Assembly (NCBI RefSeq): GCF_963921235.1
Contig: NC_086097.1
Coordinates: 196,168,001-196,232,000, forward strand
DNA: 64,000 nucleotides
Direction: 5' to 3'
Source: Mobula hypostoma
Taxonomy: Eukaryota
The notes beneath the pieces are model-generated. The model saw only the letters and a list, made by a program, of their open reading frames with translations, did not search any database and had not been told where the DNA came from. A program made the translations under genes and the position numbers. Below are positions 51,223 to 60,489 of the stretch, piece after piece (positions within the stretch are counted from its first letter, which is position 1; every line of letters begins with the position of its first letter).

Positions 51223-51719
51223 ATGCAGCTGACTGACATATGCTGTAAGTTCCCTGTAGGTTTTAGCTGCTTTGCGGTCCCCTAGCATTGTCAATCTTAT
51301 TAAACGATTCCATGAGACAGGAAAGTTGATCTCTGATGTGCCCCGAGTTGCTGGCTAATGTTACTGATACTATGAGCCTCAGAATTATAGTGATATACAA
51401 CCTTCACCCTACTGAGTCCGTGCTGACCATTTACATGTAAATCTACATTAACCCTCAGGGACTTAAGATTCTGAATGGCACCTTGAATGCTACTTAGTTT
51501 TGAGTAGTCAGGGCCAGGGATTCCTACAATTTATTGGGATATTACATTCTTTCAAGGAGACTTTGAAAATGTCTTTGAATCATTTCTTCTCTCCAGCTGA
51601 TAATTTCTTGACTTTCTGGGGCTTGGGAATCTGCTGTTGAGTATACAGTTCAAGTGGCCAGCTGAGTGTAAATGAGGCTGTAGTACTGGGTCTTTATACA
51701 TGGAGAGATTTTGGTTTAG

Positions 51720-52465
51720 AAGTCAAGTCAAGTCAAGTCAAGTCGCTTTATATTGTCATTTCGACCATAACTGCTGGTACAGTACACAGTAAAAATGAGA
51801 TGTTTTTCAGGACCATGGTGCTACATGAAGCAATACAAAAACTACACTGAACAACGTAAAAACAACACAAAAACAACACTAGACTATAGACCTACCCAGG
51901 TCTGCACAAAGTGCACAAAACAGTGCAGGCATTACAATAAATAATAAACAAGACAATAGGCACAGTAGAGGGCAGTAGGTTGGTGTCAATCCAGGCTCTG
52001 AGTATTGAGGAGTCTGATGGCTTGGGAGAAGAAACTGTAACATAGTCTGGTTGTGAGAGCCCAAATGCTTTGGTACCTTTTGCCAGATGGCAGGAGGGAG
52101 AAGAGTTCTATGAGGGGTGTGTGGGGTCCTTGATAATGCTTTTTGCCTTACGAATGCAGCGAGTGGCATAAATGTCTGTAATGGTGGGAAGAGAGACTCC
52201 GATGATCTTCTCAGCTGACCTCACTATCCACTGCAGGGTCTTGCGATCCAAGATGGTGCAATTTCCGAACCAGGCAGTGATGCAGCTGCTCAGGATGCTC
52301 TCAATACAACCTCTGTAGAATGTGGTGAGGATGGGGAGTGGGAGATGGACTTTTCTCAGCCTTCGCAGAAAGTAGAGATGCTGCTGGGCTTTCTTTGCTA
52401 TAGAGCTGGTGTTGAGGGACCAGGTGAGATTCTCCGCCAGGGGAACACCAAGAAATTTGGTGCAC
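51720..52465 (-). mobile_element. Rex1/Babar-type LINE 3' fragment with (CTTGA)n tail
   Basis: ORF 52108..52494 (KFLGV..LTWSLNT..KKAQQHLYFLRRLRK...ESILSSCITAWFGNC); agtcaagtcaagtcaag tail. Confidence 0.9.
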
Positions 52466-52989
52466 TTAAGTTGACTACTCATGCTCCTTTCCAAAGGCCC
52501 AGTCTCTCAGACTTGTCAGATTTCAGGCAGAAAATACAAATGTAGCCTTTCCATTAAATTTTGGCAAACCTCTACAATTTCCTAATCTACTCTCCACCAT
52601 CCCCGCCCCACTCCCAAAATTAACCCCTCCTCCCCTGCTCCCTGAAGATATTATGATTATTGTTATGGTTAGATTGATCTTATAATCAATTTGCCATTCA
52701 CAATGCTTAAAAACCTTATAATCGGCTTTTGTAAATTAGGCACTCTGTATTGATAATAAATACATGCCCTATTATTTTCAAATAGATGCTAAGAGTAGTT
52801 TAAATACATGCTCCAAACACTTAGAAGTTATTTTCTTTAATTAGCAATTTACCTAGACCTGTCTGATATCAGATTACTGTACTAATTCCACATACCGTGA
52901 TTATGTTAGGGTTAATCTGAGTTGTATTATTGCTGAGTTGCGCTCCTGGAAAACAGGAACACAACTCACCAATAATACAGTATACATAG

Positions 52990-53290
52990 AGGCAGCACAG
53001 TTGAAAGTAGAGTTAGCACAATGCGCTACAGCACTAGCAGTAAGATTAGATTAGATTTCAATTTCTGCTACTGTCTGTAGGGAGATGGTACGTTCTTCCT
53101 GTGGGTTTCCTCTGGTGCTCCACTTCCTTCCCATATGCCAAAGATGTATGGCTAGGGTTAGTAGTTGTGGCTATGCTATCGTTGACACTTGCGGGCTGAC
53201 CAGCACAATCCTTGCTTATTTGATTTGACGCCAACAATGCATTTCATTGTATGTTTTGATGTACATATGGTAAACAAAGTTAATCTTAAA
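52990..53290 (+). mobile_element. V-SINE with a different (Rex/L2-type) 3' tail
   Basis: tRNA-like head, gtgggtttcctctggtgctccacttccttccca core, and tail gtacatatggtaaacaaagttaatctt, like the reverse complement of 4953-5000. Confidence 0.7.
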
Positions 53291-53363
53291 GATCTTAATA
53301 CATACTTACATACAAGTACTTAGTTCAGCATATTCAGTTGTATTAATATTTATTCTATACAAG

Positions 53364-53506
53364 AAACTGGAGGCAAGGACAGCCTGATAACTGGCGGCTG
53401 GAAGGATTAACAGAAGATTGTGCTGGCCTTGCTAAGAATGCATTATGGAATGACTTCTTCTGCACAGATGCAAATCATGTGATTTGTGAGAAGAATGCTG
53501 ACAAAG
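53364..53506 (+). CDS. COLEC12: Collectin-12 coding exon (exon 9 equivalent), C-type lectin Ca2+/sugar-binding site
   Basis: atacaag|AAACTGG...GACAAAG|gtgagt, 143 bp. NWRQGQPDNWRLEGLTEDCAGLAKNALWNDFFCTDANHVICEKNADK, with QPD and WND motifs. Confidence 0.93.
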
Positions 53507-54197
53507 GTGAGTCAATGTAACGTTATTATTTCAATGCTATTTTAACATTTATGTTCATAACATCACTTCATAAGATTTACAAATGCACGCCAAATATTTA
53601 CATTTTTCTGCCATTGTTTTAATAGAATGAAAACCGGTGGTAGTCAGTTTGGAATTTCCAGATATGAATAGTGGCCAGGAAAGGTGTCTGCCAATTGAAA
53701 TAGAGGCTGTCTGTACCTAGATTCCAAAATACAATTTCTTAGAGTCAGATATACAGAAGACCACAGAAATCCAACTTAATGTAAATTCTCCCATAAATTT
53801 TATTTTTTTTATTATTATTATAATATTTATAACATTTTGTTATTATTATTATTATAATAAAATGTTTTGTTGTATTCATTAATGGTTGGATACAGTATGT
53901 GTTCCATTAGTTAAACTATGGAAAGTATTGAGATGAATATACAATAAAATGGAAAAGTTATACAAAGGAAGTGCATGTCCCACAATACGTACAATATAGA
54001 TAGCTATAGAAAACAGGTGTTTCTGATTTACAAAAAAATGGGAATGGATCTCTTATGTAATTCGAGGACTGCTGTACAAGGGTCACCAATATAAGGTTTG
54101 GACAAATAAGGAAGTTGCAAGAAATACAAAAAACTGAGATTTAAGGTCAATGCCAAGTTTCACTCATATATCTGTATAACAATATTATGTTCACCTT

Positions 54198-54607
54198 AGT
54201 TGTTTGGTTGGCATCCGTCTGTCTCGAAGGACAATGGGTGATGATCATCATCATCACAAGCCTTGGTGGAAGGTATGGAGATCCTAAGATGCCCAGTCAT
54301 CAAGATCCCCTTCTTGGCCTCACCAATGTAGTCCAAAGGAAACCTTTGAAGCAATACTTTTGGCACCAGCTTGGCTGCAGGAGCTGCCAGAAGGATGTTC
54401 AATGACATCCAGCCACCTCAGGGGCTCCACTCTGGATCTGCTGTCTGGGTTTACTCCCGTAGCCTTTGTCTCTCCCAAGGCTGCCCACAAGGCAGTGGGG
54501 CTATTTGCCCATAGCTGGGGATCTGGTTCACGAGCACGGGGGAGTGTCCACACACGGTGGGCCTACGTGCTACATGTGCAGGGGCCAGACCTCCTCCTCC
54601 AGACCTC
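54198..54607 (-). mobile_element. RTE-related non-autonomous retroposon
   Basis: Shares blocks with 59354-59939 (tttggcacca..gcaggag.tgccag; cacaaggcag.gg); CAA-rich tail on the minus strand; no coherent ORF. Confidence 0.6.
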
Positions 54608-55189
54608 TTCACTTTTAAGACTAGAATAAATCTTGTTTATACTGATGCTAATTTAGTGTGTCTGAAGTTGCTTAAATATTCTGAATATCAGAAAAAAACC
54701 CGGATATTTATTGGGGAACAAGAATGCTGCAACTAAATATAGTGAAAGAATAAACCAAGGATATGTAGAACCTTCTGAAAACATCACATACTTATTTTGT
54801 AAATTACCTGGAAGTTACCCAAATTGACAGTCCTGCTGTTGGCCATGTCAGTTAATCCACAGCCAGGATCTTTGAATCTGGGTTTTTTCAATATGGAGTC
54901 AGTGTGAGAAAGTTCAAAGATCGCAATGAAGGATAGCAAAATGCCAATATTGCAAATGGAAAAGCCCCTAATAAAGCTGAATATTGCTTCTGATCCACAA
55001 GAACTGTTCCTCCAGACTCTCAGGGAATGCTGAAAATTGCACATTACATGGAATTAATCTGCTATTCTCAAGGAAATGTGCAAATTATACCCCAGATCAC
55101 AAGACAGGATTATTGGATTAAAATCTTACACTGGGATTATGGGAACTATTAATTGATCAGCTATGGTTCAACTGAAATAGTTAACATTT

Positions 55190-55960
55190 TCATCTAAGGG
55201 TTATGTTCAAGTCCAATTCAAAGATGTGATCACATAAATCCTGGTTGATATCTCATTTAGTGCTATATTCACCTTCTGGTTGAGATGTGAAACAAACTCC
55301 CTTCTATTTTAATAATCCTTCTCAGAATAAATGGGCCAATATTTGAAATTAGAGTATGGAGAAATATATTTACATAGAAGTCTGTCATTCTGTGTAAAGA
55401 AACTGCATATCTTTGGAATTCTCTCCCTCGGTTACAAAGTTTATTCAAGGCTTAGCTAGCAGACAGAGGCTACAAAGATCAAGTTAGAAAATGAACTTTT
55501 GGCTGAGGTTTAGCACAAATTTATTGAATGGCAAAGCAAAGTCTAGAGGCTGAGTGACCAACTAACCCCTGCTTCTGTTTCATATCTTATTATGTAATAA
55601 AAGCTATCTATTACAAACAAATAACAGTTACAATTTAAGGTCAAGTTCAACATTTTCTGTTATTCTCCATTAACCCTCTCGGGTGGGTATACTGTTGTTT
55701 CATATGGCATTCAGACTTCCAATAGAAATGTGGCCCGGAAGGGGCAGACACAAGTCTGTTCATTTGGGAGTTGGTGTATATATGATCCTTTGACATTCCT
55801 CCAAGAGAGAGCAGAATTTATTCCAAGCTTTCTAGACAGCATTTGCTGTTAACATCAGAGAAACGGTTTTTCAGATTATGATCTTACAGTTGTTCCAGGG
55901 AGCTTGATGTAGGCATACTGATCACCACAAATTCTTGATTACAAAATTGCTTACAGTTCA
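55190..55960 (+). mobile_element. Very old SINE remnants (possibly Deu-domain type) with a CR1 tail fragment at about 55350-55590
   Basis: ggttatgttcaagtcc box-B-like head and scattered diverged blocks; weak recognition. Confidence 0.3.
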
Positions 55961-56069
55961 AAATTACAAACAGAATTGGAGAACACTTTTGATGTTATAG
56001 GTTATGTGTTATAAAGCTTATGTGTCTATTTAAGCTATCTTTTTAACGATTAGTCTTTCAATTTTGCAG

Positions 56070-56074
56070 ATTAG
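56070..56074 (+). CDS. COLEC12: Probable terminal coding exon of collectin-12 (completes Asp, then TAG)
   Basis: Good acceptor (tctttcaattttgcag|AT TAG) in the right phase, followed by about 1 kb of repeat-free AT-rich UTR-like sequence. Too short to confirm by homology. Confidence 0.55.
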
Positions 56075-56810
56075 CTTTCTGAGTGATTGTCCTGAAGACT
56101 ACAATCAGACTACTTTGTGGACTGTATTGGAGGTGGACTTCAGCTTCAGGTCCCTGATAAACAAAGGAAGCTTTTGAAATGGAGTTAGACAACAACTACT
56201 AACCTAACTTTCCAAGCACTGTTTCCTCATACTGATGCTGGGACGTAAAATTATGACAATCCTTAACTTTTAAAGTTAGCCCGAAACTTTATTCTGTAAA
56301 GAATAACTATTATTTGATAGCAATCATTGTTTATTAAAAGTAAAATTAGCAAGAAAATATATTACAGAGTCCATATGAACCCATTTTTATTTTATTTTCC
56401 ATGAATGCCTATGTCAAGATAATATGTATGTTAAACACATCTTGAAAATTATTTACAGTTCTGCTTACAAAGCTTTCTTGTTTTTCAGGAAAATTTCTAC
56501 TGAACATTTTGTGTCTAGTTTACAAGGCAATCAAGGAATTATTATTCAACTGTTATGTCAGAAAATCAAAGATCAAATCTTTCTTTGTTATCTTCCAGCA
56601 GTTATAAATATGGTCTGTTTTGGGGGTTTGAATTTTCAGCTTTTATTTTTGATTGGGATTGTTCTTTTATAATTTTAGTCAGTTATGATTACAGCTCGAG
56701 AAAATCAGATTATTTTCAGTTATTAAGTGTCATGAGACAATTACATCAATTTTCAGTTTCTAGATTGTAACTAAATTAGAAACAGCAATAAATAACCATT
56801 TACAAAATTG
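56075..56810 (+). promoter_or_regulatory. Putative COLEC12 3' UTR with candidate polyadenylation signals
   Basis: ATTAAA at 56333-56338 and AATAAA at 56787-56792; more distal AATAAA at 57591 and 57660. AT-rich and repeat-free. Confidence 0.4.
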
Positions 56811-57181
56811 TCCATCACCCTGTGTTTTAACTAACTCTAATATTTTTACCAAATGGCAGTTCCTACTGTGTCAATGCATAATATCTAAAATTTAAAGCTG
56901 TAGTCTTAGAGTGCACAGAAGTCTTTAAAAAATGTTTCATTGAAGCAGAGTCTGTATAGTTATTATTGTTAAAAACTGAAAACATTCAAGCCCTATCTAT
57001 GTTAAGTTCTGCCGCAGTGAATAAGGCATTGTTTCAGTGAAGTAGGTGGAGTTAAAGTGCTTTCATATGGGCATCCATTTTACTAAAACAGTATCTCTTG
57101 GATGCAGACTTGTTAAGAAGATGCTTTAAAGTACAACTGTTTCTGTTCCAAATGAAAAAGAAAATACAGAACATGGAGACA

Positions 57182-57372
57182 ACACACACACACAAAATGC
57201 TGCAGGAACTCATCAGGCCAGGCAGCATCTCTGGAAAAAAGAACAGTCGAAGGGTCTCGGCCCGAAACCTCGTCTGTACTCTTTTCCATAGATGCTGCCT
57301 GGCCTGCTGAGTCCTGCCAGCATTTTGTGTGCTGCTTGGATTTCCAGCATCTGCAGATTTTCTCCTGTTTAT
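57182..57372. mobile_element. PLE family A terminal repeats in inverted arrangement (hairpin)
   Basis: Arm 57189-57250 is the reverse complement of arm 57270-57331; the spacer holds the hammerhead 3' half GAAGGGTCTCGGCCCGAAAC. Confidence 0.88.
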
Positions 57373-58140
57373 GACAGAAGGTGAAGAAATATTTTGACAT
57401 CAGCAGTAAGTTTTGTGCACATCGCAGAAGATGTGAAGACTACTTCCTTTGTTTGCAGACAAGAAAGAAACCAGCAAGGCGCATGAGCCACTGCCCACCA
57501 AAACCAGGAGAGGCTGAAGGGGAATTGTCATGTCTTTGACAATGGGTCTTAATATCAGAAATGCAACATTTCTAAAACGTTTTATCCTTTAATAAACGAC
57601 AAAGTTTTATGATTATGAACAGTTTCATATTTTAGTTGGCAAAGCTGTTACTGCTAGCAAATAAAGGTATGATTAAGAATCCCAATGCAAAATGCCACAT
57701 CGGTCACAAACTGCTAGTGACCCAGAGTGTAAACATTGAACTGCAGTCCTTTTAGCTATTATTTGCAAAGTCTTTATCAACATATTAACCAATCTTAGCC
57801 CTTCATAAACAAAATAGTCTTACGTTATGTAGCCTGGATACATTGACTAAATACTGTATTAACTTTCATCCTATGATTTAATTCCCATTCTCTCACATTT
57901 CATAAAGATTTAATTGCAATGCTAATCCTGGTTGATTTGAAAAATGCATTTTGTGTGTACCAAGATCTGAGAGCAGAAAAATACTCCCAAAGTAATGTTT
58001 TTACAACTCAACCCAATTAAATTACTGACAGTTCTACTGTAGCGATGATAGTGAGCCAATGAGTCCAATGAATGAAAACTTCCACATCGTAAGAGTGTTG
58101 CATGACTAATCTGGCACCCACAATTTTTTGTTCTTAAGTA

Positions 58141-59117
58141 CACTGGACAACAAATTTTTTCAAAAGTGTTGCTTCCTCGTAATTCTTTTTTGTTTATGAT
58201 AGACTGCTTGAAGATGAACACAAATATAATTTCAGACTATTTGTATCACGTAGGAATTTGGAGAAACAACAAATTAACTTTTATTGAATATAATGTGTTT
58301 AATTGCATAATGGTGCTAATGCTTTGCAATAGTTCAACTAAAGTTAAAAATATTTTGTTAATGATTTTCATTTGTACTCAGTGTCTGAGGCTTCTTGCTT
58401 AAGTGTCCAACAATAATTCACCAGCATTTATGGATTCCAGTTGCCCTGGTATCTTTTCTCCATGACCGCAATGTCCTGGTGAAACCTTTCACCATGCTCG
58501 TCACTAACAGCACCAAGATTTGCAGGGAAGAAGTCTAAATGGGAATGCAGAAAATGAATCTTTAGTGACATGTTGCATTTCATGGTTTTGTATGCTTTCA
58601 ACCAGTAGTTTGGTGCTCTGCAGATGCCAAGAAAAACTTTAACTTCCTTCAATGCCTTCCATGTGATTTTCTCCGGTCCCACTAGAAATTTTTCAAATTG
58701 CCTGTCATTGATGACCTGTTTGATTTGTGGACCAACAAAAATGCTTTCCTTAATCTTGGCATCAGTTATTCTGGGAAGCATCTGTCTCAGATATCAAAAT
58801 CCTTCATAGAAATTTTTGTGCCTGGTGATAGCAAATTCCATCCTTACAGTCATGAACCCAATAATTATTGCTAACACCTGTCCTGCCATGCAGCAGCCAC
58901 GCCGCCTAAGCATGCCTGGACAAGATAGGAAACTTTCCATTTACATTGTAGGCAACATTTTAATTGACTTGAATTATGAATTGAAATAATAAACATAAGT
59001 GATTTCAAAAAATGGTGCATGATAGGGAAATTTCGCGGTGATTTTCATGATCAGTAGCCCAAAATTCATAAGATACACCTAAAAGTATTCAGGAAGCAAA
59101 ATCTTTGTTGTCCAGTG
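58141..59117. mobile_element. Chapaev3-like (CMC) DNA transposon, internally deleted, 977 bp
   Basis: Perfect 14-bp TIRs CACTGGACAACAAA / TTTGTTGTCCAGTG. Minus ORF 58428..58781 has AKIKESIFVGPQI and MSLKIHFLHSHLDFFPANLGAVSDEHGERFHQDIAVMEKRYQG. Confidence 0.85.
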
Positions 59118-59353
59118 CTATTTGAGTAGGAAGCTGACAACGCAACAACAGATTCCTACGGAGAAGGAACAATCAAAGATTTGGTTATCTTAATCCACAT
59201 TAACATGTCCCAGACCTAAGTGAACACCAGCTCATTAATTCAATTGAGGAAAGTATATTAGAAAGAAAACCAAGCTCAATTAAACAAAAAGAAGGTTCTG
59301 TTGTTACTTGACAAATAGAACATTACTACAGTTAAGCTTAGGTAAAGTAAGTG

Positions 59354-59939
59354 TGCCCCTCCATTGGTTGGGGATGACCATGGATATTATATGCTAGCTG
59401 TCTACATGATATGCGAGCCAGGGCGGTACGATAGCAAGCTGTTAGCCAGGCAGCAGGCTCCCCCTCTCTATGCAGCTGATGAATCCAAAGGAACAGCAGA
59501 GACTGATACAGTTTGGCACCAACAGCTTCGCAGGAGTTGCCAGTCAGCGTTGAACTCAAGATAAGTCTGCCTTAAGGACTCCAGCTCCAGAATTTTCCTC
59601 TGGCTTTAATCCCAAAGCCTTCCCCAAGAGTGAATATAGTCACAAGGCAGCGGAGATTTGAAATCAGAGTTTTCCTTCTCCTACATGAGCCGCCAACCAT
59701 GACTGTCGACCCCCCATCTGCCTGAAGCAACTGATTTTAAGGTACAAGAACACGCCTTTGCCCCTTTTCCTGTCAGTAGAAATAGTTCCACCAGGCTTAA
59801 GAGCTAAGCCACATGTGAAGGCCAGGTGCTGAACTTGGTTGTCAGAGGATATTTGAGATGCATGCTTTTGGGAGCATTTAATAGTTAGTGGGAGTTTATC
59901 CCCACTATCTGCCCTGGCTATGACAACCTTAAGGAATCT
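59354..59939 (-). mobile_element. Full-length RTE-related non-autonomous retroposon (586 bp)
   Basis: 11-bp TSD TAAAGTAAGTG (59343-59353, 59940-59950). The minus strand has GGAGAAGGAAAACTCTGATTTCAAA, typical of RTE 5' regions. Confidence 0.72.
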
Positions 59940-60489
59940 TAAAGTAAGTGAAGTTAACAAAATTAATAGAATTAGGTAATTTATTGCCCTCATCAACTCT
60001 CATATGCCAATTTTTTAAACAAAGTGGCTACTTAACATAATTCATTTTTTATTACTATGTTTGCTTTCCATGAGCATGGTTAATGGGTATAAGATTACTG
60101 TCAAAATAATCTGTAGTACTGACAAAAAACTAAAACTAACCCACAACAAATTATGAAGTAAAAAGTTAATTACGACCGAATCTGTATTGATTAGTTCAAA
60201 TATTAAATAACCCAAGTTTTAGTTGCCATCGATATTGAATTAAATAAAATATTATACACAGAAGTAATTTATTCAGCTCAACATCTGTTCATGCACCATA
60301 TGAGCCTCCTCCCACTTCATCTCTCCACTTCAAAACATTAATGCTATCACAACATTACATGAGCTGATGAGCAGTGTAGTTTCCATAAGCAATTAAATTT
60401 GATATTTTGTATTTGTGAGTGGAATCTGTTCCTCCACCCCTTCTCAATCTGTTCTATCTCCTTTCATCCTTCTGTCCTTATGAATGGCC

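Noticed and set aside
51720-51745. Short tandem arrays (AGTCA)n, (TTTGAACC)n and (ATTCTG)n as CRISPR-like or functional repeats
   Set aside because: They are LINE 3' microsatellite tails without spacers, in eukaryotic DNA.
54500-54607. HDV-like ribozyme at the 5' end of the RTE-related element (GGTCTGG/CCAGATC stem)
   Set aside because: No G(G) after the putative P1, and no recognisable P3/L3 or J4/2 catalytic C arrangement.
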